From Ophelia neglecta (Eukaryota): a DNA stretch of 64,000 nt. The notes under the pieces were generated by a model. It searched no databases and was not told where the DNA came from. It saw nothing but the letters and a program-made list of their open reading frames with translations. Shown piece after piece: positions 1 through 11,048 of this stretch; position 1 is the stretch's first letter; each line of letters starts with the position of its first letter. The stretch is taken from NCBI GenBank assembly GCA_965285935.1, contig OZ260664.1, forward strand, positions 70,432,001-70,496,000, written 5' to 3'. Made by a program: the position numbers and the translations under genes.

Positions 1-818
1 TGATATGACGGCTGTAGTTGGATCTCCATCGGACTGGAATCAACACGCCAACCTACATTTACATATAAACACGGTCTGCACTAGGCGGAAGACATTGAAA
101 ATTAGCCCGACTCCAAATATCGATGTTCTTTATGTTGTCATTAACTCTTGATTAATCACTATTTATACACCGAGAGGAATATGCAAACATTAATCTCTCA
201 ATTTAAAACGTGTCGGTTACTGCCAGTTTGAACTTTCATCAAGTTCTATGGCTTTTAATAGAGACACAAGTGTTCACTTGTAGAAATGAGTTCTGGTACC
301 TGTAGTTTGAATGAACGCTTTAAACACGTTTTACAGATTTTAAACCAATCATAATTGCCTAGTCGTGTTGGGGATTGAACGAAAAGCTGTCATCTATTAC
401 GCCTGTCATTGGACAACATATAATAGACTGCCTTTGTTTCCAGTATTGGTGTCGTTATACTTGTAGCGGCACAATTTGTCCTACTTTTCGCATATCATAA
501 TCAACTATTGAAGACACTTAGGAGAGAAAGACACGAGGGCGACATCGTCGGCCTGTTGCACAGAAGACACGTTAACAAGCAGGTAAACTTCAAGTCACAC
601 AGGAGAGCTGGATCAGGTCTAGTACCAATTACCGTGCCATACTGAGTACAACCCATCAATACGCAAACCACCTGATAGCAGCACTTAACAACCCACCAAC
701 CCGCAAAGGACGCTGGATCAAAAGACGGATATATTAAACAAAATATTGAATTTATGAACTGTTTTTACGCATGTCGACGTATTATTTATTTGAAGTACTA
801 GTAGATATGAGCTCAAAA

Positions 819-1048
819 GGCCAATGATTAAACGCCGACGGGCGGAAGCTAGGCAGACGCGGTCTTCATGGGTATTTCAGAGTGACAGGTAGCAAATATG
901 CGTCAGCAATTAAGACTAGGGTAAGGGCTGAGGGTTAATTTCAGGGTTAGGGGACGGGTTAGAAACAAGTTAAATACGTTTAGTGCTCTGTTCTAATTTC
1001 GGGAGTTATCTCCGCAAGTCTCCGCGCTTCCGCTTTTAATCAAAAGCC
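819..1048. mobile_element. Non-autonomous TIR element (MITE-like) with telomere-like internal repeats
   Basis: Left end ggccaatgattaaa...gcggaagc versus right end gcttccgcttttaatcaaaagcc (imperfect inverted repeat). Flanking near-identical 8-mers gctcaaaa (811-818) and ggtcaaaa (1049-1056) look like a TSD. Internal gggttaggg/gggttag motifs. Confidence 0.65.
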
Positions 1049-1425
1049 GGTCAAAATGATGCTTGCATATATGGCGGCGGTAAGGGAGCACTAAATCTTA
1101 TTCAATTCCATACACCAGGTGGGTTTAAGATACTCAGAAAACACTGATAAGAAATGAAAAGCAAACATATCAGATTTAATTACGGCGTTTAGTTCTTGAG
1201 CTTTCAACATAATGACGACTAGTTTAATCCAACTTAAAGGTCGGGGGTGCCGAAATCACTAGCTCAGACACTTGAGGGAATGATTCAATCCACTTAAATA
1301 TAAAAAATGTCGTGTCTTATTGCCATGATTGCTGATTTCTTCGATCGACTGGAATTATTCTCAGAAAACCTGACCCTTTAGCAAAAAACTGACTGTTTCC
1401 GCAGAAATACCACATTGAATCTCTG

Positions 1426-1712
1426 CCGGGGGAGCTCTTCGTATGCTGGACATCCTACGAGAGGGTCTTTTCTTTGCCAAAATGTTCCTTACCAAGGGTC
1501 GTTTTTTTCACCAAATGCCCCTAACCAAAGGTCAGTTTTTCTGACTAAGTCACTCTAAAAGTTGTCTCACAGAGTCATTTTCATTATAATAATGTCTGAA
1601 AAAGCACCCAAAAAAATGGGTTCTTTTAAAAGACCTGTCCTTCCAAGTTTTGTTTTTGTCAGATATCCCTAGCCAAAGGTACGTTTTCGGTCAGACTTCC
1701 ATAGCCATCGGC
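1426..1712. repeat. Degenerate ~32-bp tandem units (ccctagccaaaggt-like), probably the interior of a non-autonomous element
   Basis: Recurring ccttaccaagggtc / ccctaaccaaaggtc / ccctagccaaaggta / ccatagcca motifs, several followed by T-runs. Confidence 0.5.
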
Positions 1713-3431
1713 GCTTTTGAAATGCAAGTTGTCGTTGTCACCGGTGTATAAACGTGACACTGACACTTTTAAATTTGTAAATTTTTTTCTGCCGGCAACT
1801 TATGTTGTTAACGAAACTTGACTCATTTCAATGTGGGGTGAGACTTTCTATTTGAGTGAGCAGGGCCTGGTACAAGGAACTTAATTACCCACAAACATAG
1901 GGAGTGGAAGTCCTATTGTATTAATCGTATCACTACGCGCCACATCACCGGAAAACGAATCACATGCAGTCCCTTGACTAGCGCCATGCAGCTGACACAT
2001 TTACCGTGCGGGTGACGGAGTGGCTATGATGCTACAACCAAAGTGATTTGAAATCTTAAGAACTTCCTCGATTCATCACACTAACGAGCTGGCCTTATCA
2101 TTGCCAACAATAGCCAGTCGGACCAGCTCCGATTACATTTTAGGCAGGACAATGGTCTTGTATCCATATCAGCTGTAATAACCCCCTATTTATTCGTCCT
2201 CCTGAGAACCTATTCTATCGCCCCAATTTATCATGTGACAGTCGTATAAATGATCAAAAAATTGCTAAGATTAGAAAACTGGTGCTATAGGTCCAAATGG
2301 AAACCTGCTATTAACAACGCGACGAGGATGATTGAGTGAAATCTGGACAGCATCGAAAGCCGGGCTGTACTTATCTATACGCTTTGTCATCTTTACCGTA
2401 ATGAGCTTGGCTAAGGAGGAGTGAAATCCAGATCGATGGCCGCCATTCCTGAGGTTAATGCATGTTTGAGTAGTTATTGACCACAGACTATTTACGTGAT
2501 CGGGATGCGCTGGTTCCTAGTAATACATGACATTTAATGTTTGAAGATGATGAATGACCAGTGCAGCTCGTTTAGATTGCCTCTCGTAAATCGAATTCTA
2601 ACAAGGTCCAATTAGAAGCATGGCAAACTTTGGCATTCCGTAACCCACGACCCTCGACAATAGGCAGAGATTTGATCGAGGATCCTCAAACTGGGCCAAA
2701 TTGGTCAAATAGCTTAGCCGCTGATCCGTCTTCGGCACTATTTGATTTATCACAGTCGAGAGAATAATTATGATTGAGTAAACAATAGTATGGTATCATT
2801 ACGTAGGTGATTTAGTCGGTCCCCACTATCCATGGCGCTACTAAAACACAACATCCTGAATCAAGCAATGCATGGCTGATGCGGTTATGTAATCAACCAT
2901 GGTTTCCCCGGGGCTGTTAGATGAAATCTCTTCTGCCGCTTGACGCATGTGTTGCCCCCAGTAAAATATACAACAAAATAACCAGCTGAGGGAACCTCGT
3001 GTTTACCTTTCTGGAAGCCGACTGAATCAAGTCTCCAATTAAGTCGAGACACATAGGCTCTCTGGATATCACAGGGAGTATTTTTTTCACACCTGAGACT
3101 GTGATTACTCTCCTCCCGGGTGGTTCATCCGTAGTTCACCTTTCCCAAAGGCTTTGTCGTATAAGTGGATAGTGACATTTTAAGCATCATTTGAACCCTA
3201 CGTGGGTCTTATCACATGTGATCGCCTGCGGGCAAATGACGAAGTACGAGCAGATGATTTGTAAATGGAAAATAACAAGCAGATGATATAGTATACTTTA
3301 ATAACATCTGTTTAAAATGATTGATCCCCTCATATTTGTCGTACAGAGAAAGATTAACATAGTTGTGTCCGCATCCAGCCCAAACTCTATATTTTACTTA
3401 TAATCATTGAGGTGTCGCGCATGCGAATCCA

Positions 3432-3865
3432 GGACATAATGTTCCCATACAAAATGGTCTCGGGCGTAATGGTAAAGGGTGTTATTGTTTTCAGTTGAAA
3501 AAGGGACATCATGGTTCCCTCGGTGAAAACAGAATGATGTAGGTAGAAAAAGAGTACTCACGCGGGATTGTTAATAACATTGTATTGAATTTGCTTCTTA
3601 TTCAAAACATAATTAATTTCCTATTGTACGTGCATTTTTATTAAAATATATATATCACTTAATTTGATAAACTATGTGTTCAGCATTGAATCTGTTCAAT
3701 GGAAACAAAGAAACAAGTAAAAATGCCTCTATAGTGTGTGATGAATGTTTATTGTTCGCTTTATACATATTTTCATTTGATATTTAACATCCTCTGCTGA
3801 AGGGACTATTATGTCCACTTTTCCACTTAGCACCACTATGTCCGGGACCATTATGTCCGGAGACC
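3432..3865. mobile_element. Foldback/TIR-type non-autonomous element with 15-bp subterminal repeats
   Basis: Left copies ggacataatgttccc (3432) and gggacatcatggttccc (3503) are inverted relative to right copies gggactattatgtcc (3802) and gggaccattatgtcc (3844). AT-rich core; no clear TSD. Confidence 0.6.
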
Positions 3866-4204
3866 CGAACAGGCATAATATGCATAAGATATATTTTATA
3901 CTAAATTTTCTCTACCATTCTGTATTAAGTAACTCCCCTAAGTGTGTTGATAACAGGTAAATAGGCAAGAGGAAGGTATGTGTTTGTTTGTGCAAAGGAC
4001 CGCTGATATAATCTCATTCAGAGTTTTTGATTTACTTTCATGTTTTTGCAAATGGCAGTGAAACAGTAAAATGGATGAATACAAATATAAAATATAAAAG
4101 AGATTCCATCCCGCCTACTTTATATCCACTTTCTGCAAATCTGCTACTTTTTATAAACTCATTTGAAATCCTTTGACTCCTTCTGGGTTTACTGTACTTT
4201 CGGT

Positions 4205-4339
4205 ACTTCCGTAACCTTTGGCTCTCTTCCGTACTTTCGCTACCCCTACACTTCCGTAACCTTTTGCTCTCTTCCGTACTTTCGCTACCACTACACTTCC
4301 GTAACCTTTTGCTCTCTCCCGTACTTTCGCTATCACTAC
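4205..4339. repeat. 45-bp tandem repeat, 3 near-identical copies
   Basis: Unit acttccgtaacctttkgctctcttccgtactttcgctaccmctac starts at 4205, 4250 and 4295. Confidence 0.95.
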
Positions 4340-7300
4340 TTTCTGAACATTGGTCACTTCGTCTACTTTCTGCACATTGGGTACTTGGCAAGTTGTTGTT
4401 CCATTGCATTGCAAACGTTCGACCCATCTGATATTTTGACATATTCGGACATTTGGCAGTTTCAATTCTTTCTGTACTTAGGCTGTTTTGTATGTATATA
4501 TAGAATTTTTCAACCTTTTACGCCTAACCGCCTTTTGCTTTTTTCGCTGGCTTCGGCACATTATGTTCCTTGAACTTTCTGCACAGTCGGCACTCCGCCT
4601 ATACATATTCTGTATATTTGGACACGTTGTTTCTCTAAGCTCCAAGCCCTGCCTTCTGCACGTATATTCTTTTGGCATTATCTCTACCTTTAATACATTA
4701 GCTAACTTCAGCGTAGTTATTATTTTGCTGTCTTCGTCACTCATCTTGCCTACAGTGCGCATTAATGAAATCGCTAGGTACTGCAACTTCGGCCCAAAAG
4801 GTGCTTTTTACACGTACTCTGCTTTCTACTTTCGCGGTTTTCGTCCCCTTCGTACCATCATAAATGTTATTTCTTGCTGGCTAGGAGTTCAACACTTTCG
4901 GTACATGCGTTATAGTTGACTCTTTAGCTGCAATCTTCACTTCCTATACTTCTATACTTTTCATCCTCTCTGGCCCTTTCTGCTACCAACACTATCGTAA
5001 CTTTAGCCGCGTTCGGGTCGTCTTGTTAATTCGTTGATACAGGTTCGCTGCCTTCTTCTATCCTTTTCCCCTGCCTTTTTTTTACCCTCTCCACGCTCTA
5101 TATATGTCCTGTTACCTCTGTGGTTCTATACTTCTTTATTTTCCTTACTTCTTCCACTTACACTATTAATACTTGCTTTGGTACATTGGCGCTAATGAAC
5201 ATATATTGGCTACAAATATACAGATCTACTAAATTCATTCCCAATTTTACCAATGCGACATTGTCACCCACTAGTTCAATCGTTCCATTCTTTTGATAAC
5301 CATTCTCTGAAATAAATCTTCTGGAAAAACCTTGCTGCATTCTTGTGTAATACAAGCCTGCCGACAATCGGGGACCCGGCTCATGGACTAATTCTCGTAT
5401 GTAACCAGCCGGCCGATATCTCGTGTGATACCATCCGTTCGACATTCAGTGGCCCTGCTCATAAACTTGAATATAACCTCGTATTGGGTTTTGGCTTTCA
5501 AAAGTTCGTCCTTTTTTGTGCCCTTCCGGAACTAATATGTGCCGCACGCAGTTATCTTCGCTAAACATGTGAGCTGATTATAAAGCGAGTGTCGCCTGCA
5601 GTCAGAGAGTGACTTTGTCTATATCAGAGAGACATCTTAGCCCTTTGGGCAATCAGCCACCTGACACATAACTGTCATGGATAGGAATCTCAGCGGCACA
5701 AAACTATAGCCCACATGTATCTGTCTTACTTGTATCCATCAAAGATCATTTTGAACTGCTAGATATCATGTGGTCTGTCACGTATATTTGACATCCATGA
5801 TGTATTAAATGGTAATCTTCTTAGAAAGAAAATTCATCATCGAGCAATTCTTTTTACGTACTTTTATTACTGAAGGGTTATCTATAGTGCATTTAGCCCC
5901 CGTTCGAATCAAGTTCGCATAGAAAGTTGTTATTTATAAGAGTGGTCGTACTCCGGCTTGTCAGCTTCTAAATGGTATACGTTTTCTCGATGACTTCCTT
6001 TATAAATCTGTGCTCATCTCTTGAATCTGTGGAACACCCTCATAAAAGTGTTTATAATTGAATACGTTGGGGTGGGGTGGAGTGGGGGGTCTGTGGCGGG
6101 TTTAAGGATGTCTCGACAAAGCTGTGTAACTAAAGCGTTCGGAGTAAGTGAAGAGAATATGAAAGGTATCAAGGGCAATACGTCAAATGGGGCGCGTACG
6201 CGTGAAGCAAAGTCAACTCAAGTTTAATGCCTTAATTCTTTATCTAAATATGTGAAAGTATAGTTTTCCTTCCGTGTCCAAAATAGCCCTCGCCATTTCA
6301 GGGTGAAGTGTCATCTGATATGCTAAGTCGCTGCTGCCGGGTGCTGTTCAGGTGTCTCCCATTCTGGTGCCAGTAACCGGATGTGCAGGCTATTCAGAGG
6401 ATAAGCATTGTGAGCAGTCTTTTCAATGCTCACACTACCAACAATGTCATGAAACAAGTGCGTGCGTGGACAGAATCCGAGACCAACTGTGGCTGTGTAC
6501 CGCGTTCTACTTCCCCGAGGAGTCGCCCTAGGTGAATTGCAAGACAATCTCGCGAATCATTTCATTATTTAGCGTGGTAGTTGTCTCCAACAGAAATAAC
6601 GTACGTGTTAAAAATTAATGGAAAAATTGGGCAGAATGTAAGCTCGCGTGATTCTAGGTCGCATCTTTCGTGTAGGTATATCGGTCAGCATGACGTCGAA
6701 GGAGGCAAAGAAGATTTCTTGGCAGCTTGTCAATATATTCATAATAGGGCGGACTATTGCCAAAAGGCACTGTGGGGGAAAATCCTTCTGTGTCCATCTC
6801 AAAAACGCACATTTCTCGCCAGAAACGAGAATTACTATATATCTTACCAGAGAAATGCTCCAAGCTGCTCATTTTGCATAGGTATTTCCCGCATATCTAG
6901 GGTCAAACAGGTAATCTAGCAGACCCCCCCCCCTAAGTCTTTTGGCGTTTTCACGGTTCATAACAAAATCACAGTATATAGGCCTATTTATTATGAAATT
7001 AATTTAATCTGTTTCATTTCTTTTCATACGTAAAATAACAAATAAATGGTTTCGGATCATTTGTGGCTAAGTTTTATTTATAGTATACATGGGACAAAGA
7101 ACTGTAGTGAGGATCACGAAGAAATGAAATTACTTCTCTAGATTCCACAAGAAGTTACGAATAACGAAACGGCAGAAGGTTTTTGATTTATATTATATGG
7201 TGAAAGGTAATTTGAGAAATATATATTAAAAGTAGTAATGCAGAAAAAAAGACTACTAACGTTATATAACTTAAACAAATTGTCAAAAATCAAAGAAAAA

Positions 7301-10300
7301 ATACCCAAAATAGGACAACCGATACCCCCCCCCCCCCCACTGCCCGGGAAAAAAACCATACCCCGCCTCAAGCCAAAGAAACAATAAAAAAAACGCCTGC
7401 AAATTCTCCGCTGAATAATAGAAGAAACGTGAAGTCGTGGAAAGTTACGAGTAGAAAAACCTTACGCATATACTGACCGTGAGCAAGAAACATCACGTGA
7501 GTAATTAGGTTATCTGCTATGTTTTCTTCCTCCGGTAAAATCACTAAGTTGATGTAAATAAATATCTGAGTTCATGTAATACTAGCTTACTTCCCTATCC
7601 GCTTTGAGCTTTTCGCTCAATTGGCAAGTTACTATCGTGTAAAAGACCGTTCAATGAAATCCATGGGGCTTTATGTCAGCGAGAGTTTATAGAAGACGGA
7701 TGCAAACTGTCGGTTCTGAAGATGGAGATGAAAATATTGGTTCTGGTTTGTGATTAAACGTTCATCTCCTGATGGCGTCTCGACTGACATAACTTGGTTA
7801 GATACCTCCGAGCGTTGGTGCGCCAGTCCGTGAACCGGTTATTTTCGACTCTATCACCATCTCTTTGACTGATGGTGATGTGTAAGCCGATTATGTCCAC
7901 CCTTCCGTCTTCCGTGATCGAAGATCAGTGACAAATGGGGGTATCAGTCAATAAATAGTCTATTGGAGTTGATCTGAGCAAGTCACATAGGGCAAATAAA
8001 CAGCGTATTTGATTACCTACCTTTGATCGGTTACCGCTTTGGTCTGACATTCGGTCGGATGCAGCCCTCATCGGCTGATTTCCTACTAATGGCTAGCTGC
8101 TCTTGGAAGGGTTTACTTCATGCGATAAATGTAGTACCAGGGAGTAATTAGCATTACTGGCTATTCTTTATTATATAATTGATGATGTACTTTCCTCATA
8201 ATTTCGCCCAGCAATTAACGCATTTTCCTATTGAAGACTAATGGGTATAAAGCCAGGGCAGTCTTCATACCTCCTCAATCAGAGCCAAATGAACCATTAA
8301 TCAGGACACAACGTCTATATCAAATACAGCAAATGGCTTTGACTTCTGGGACACTGATCAGTGCAGTTCATTCCGACGTTTAATCGCGATTGGAGGATTA
8401 GCTGAGCAAACAGGAAAGGCCAGTGAAATAATACAAGCTGTTGAGACAGCATGTGTAACACAATAAGTTATTCAGCCAGCGCAACTCAGCCAATATCAAA
8501 TTTCATATATAATAGTAAACGGATTGATTGCCACTTGTAACTACATTGCTTTCCTGCAACATGTCTTATTCATTTCGATTTATTGCAGTAGCTTTTCTAT
8601 GGCCTCATTAACAAATATACATTATTTCCTTTCTATCAGTAACGAGATATTTTTATTGGCAAATAGCGAGGTTTTGTTATGGGTTCTTTCTATATCGTAG
8701 GCGACCCTATACAAGTTGACAATACTGTATTGTGAGTAGCGGCCCTCCTGCTAGCTGGTTCCAGTGTCACCCTGTCCAGTAAGAAGTGTCAAGCGAGGTA
8801 GGCCGATATAGCTCTGCAACCAGCGCTGGGAATGGAAAGGGAAACGGAATAGACCATTAGAGGATTTTACAAATATACCCTGGTTCAGCTCAATTACTGC
8901 AGATGTCACCACAGCATACCTCTATTACGTCACTACTATGAGCCTATACCACTAAAATGGCTGCGGTGAAAGGGGATGGTTGGAAATATCATTTATTTTC
9001 TGAGCAAATAAATCTTAATCTTAAGGCAAAAAGGAGCAGTGACGTTTTGTAGCAAAGATCCCTTTGAATTCCTCTGCCCCACCAGAAATCGGTCTCACTC
9101 TTTACCTGCTTATTGTCTAATTTGTAGAACTCTTCTTGCTGGAAATATGAATACTGTATAGTAAGTATAGTGTTTTACCCCACCCCTTCCCGCCTTCCAT
9201 TTCCTCGTGAGTAATTGGTTTACTCTGACGTCCTTAAACTAAACTAAACAGTTCTTGTTTTCCGTCACTACAAGCAGCGGATTTTCATATTCAGAGCCAG
9301 TTACTCTAACTGGACCAGCTTAAATTGTAGGCATGCGACTGCATGATTGTAGAGTATGTATGTTCATTCTGTTTACTTTTTACATTAAATTTTGCATTGC
9401 AATTATAGCCTTATAACAAGTAGGGTGTATACTACATGTGCCATGTGTCCCTTTTCAGAGATTAGAAAATCAAATATAGGATGTAAGAATCTCCTTATTC
9501 ATTAACCAACCGTACAATTGTCGCACCCTTAAGTTGTTTTATCAAGTTTTGACTGGCATGTATTTAACAATATACACGTGTTGTGTCCAATTGTACAGTT
9601 CACTTGTATTTTCCGTCTCAATCCACAATATATAAATTCACCATTCTCTCATTCAGGCATTATTCCATAATTATTTTCATGAAAAATCTGTACATGGGTT
9701 TGTGTCAAATGCTTGAATTAATGTTATTTTTACTTATAATAATGCCAGCATTAGTTGCTTATCAACTGTTCTTATACTAATATTCTTTATGTCCTGATAA
9801 ATATCCTGTTGTATTTTCTCCTTGTGAAAGGTGGCAATAATGACATGTTTTTCGTATTTTTCTAGCACTGGGTTGCGCATAATCTCTTTCAATTGTCCGT
9901 ACTGTAATCCTGGGCCCTGGGAAGAACAGCTGTGCAGTACAGCTGCGTGTCCTAGGGTAACTATGGTTGATAAATAAGATAATTATCACGCAACCGGATG
10001 TACAGTCAGAGAGGCTGAGGCTGGGCGAAAACAGACGCCTCGGGCAAAAGCAATTTAATATAAAATCATTAATTGAAAAATGACTTATTAATTGGAATCA
10101 TGTCGAAAATCGGCATTTTAGACGGACATTGTAAAAAAACGAATTGTGTTCCAATATCGGAACAAGATAAATGTAGGCTAATGTTGTAATTATGTCGACA
10201 TAGTTGGTTTGGAATTTGTCATGGCACTTGAAACCCAGAATAAACTCAAGAAAGGCTACCATTTTAAAATTAGTGGAGGGCTCTATTCAGCCAAAGTCCT

Positions 10301-10504
10301 AGTTTTCAATATCATTTGCATTACAATAAGGCCTATTCTAAATTCGATAGTTTGCGTTGCTGGCCATAATTAAACAAGGAACTTGTCGTTTTTAAATTGA
10401 GATGTGTGAGTAGGCCAAAGCGTTGGATGAACAAGTTGTATTTTGCACAGGCCAGTTGTATCTAGTAGGCGTTCCTGGCCAAGGAAGCAGCATCATGAAG
10501 CAAC

Positions 10505-10730
10505 AGCCGTGCTTCCCACAATGTGGCGCCACCTGAGATAAGCAGACCTTCTTTTAGACAGCGTTATCACACGCCAAGTGCAGGAGACGGCGCTCGGAAA
10601 GCGGTTTGTGCTTGTGACGTTGGCGGGTGCGCTATGCGCCTGCGCCATCACAACCTGCCCGTGGCTCACACTAGTAGTGTAGCGCGGATCATAGCCAGCA
10701 GATCGCCATTTGGCCGCGTGTGTATGTAAG
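10505..10730 (+). promoter_or_regulatory. Putative CpG-rich, TATA-less promoter of the receptor gene
   Basis: Local CpG enrichment 100-330 nt upstream of the ATG. Motifs: ZNF143/Staf-like TTCCCACAATG (10513-10523), half-CRE TGACGT (10615-10620), NRF1-like TGCGCCTGCGC (10635-10645), YY1-like CGCCATTT (10704-10711). Confidence 0.55.
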
Positions 10731-10834
10731 GAATAATGTGTCTACAGCTGCTCTGGCCCTATCTTCTCATGGCTCGCCTGTTCTCGGCTGTTTGTTAGCT
10801 GGAATATCATCGCAGATCCGTTGTTTCAACCATA

Positions 10835-11048
10835 ATGTCGCCGCTGACCGATCTCTGGACGGTTTTGTGCCTTCGTTGCTCGCTGATAAAAGGAATACTC
10901 CACAGTGCTCTGCTGCTCGGCCTTCATACTCTGCCTGTTCTGGCCTATGATCGCCACCAGATCGACAGAGCAGGCCTGCAGAACGTCTCCCAGACCATCG
11001 AAGGTCTGCTAGACGGCTACGATATACGGCTTCGACCACAATTTGGAG
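10835..11048 (+). CDS. Lcch3: Exon 1 (coding part): putative signal peptide plus N-terminal helix, MSPLTDLW...PVLA|[34 protein letters not shown]
   Basis: ATG at 10835 has A at -3 and an in-frame upstream stop at 10796. A hydrophobic stretch ends in VLA, the YDIRLRPxFGG family motif follows, and the donor is GAG|gtaggt (phase 1). The start codon is less certain than the 3' end. Confidence 0.85.

Noticed and set aside
4205-4339. Regularly spaced repeats considered as a CRISPR-like array
   Set aside because: The units are contiguous with no unique spacers, the context is eukaryotic and there are no cas genes.
9180-9250. Possible SINE/LINE 3' tail (ttaaactaaactaaac)
   Set aside because: No tRNA-like A/B-box head or second copy in the window; too weak to call.
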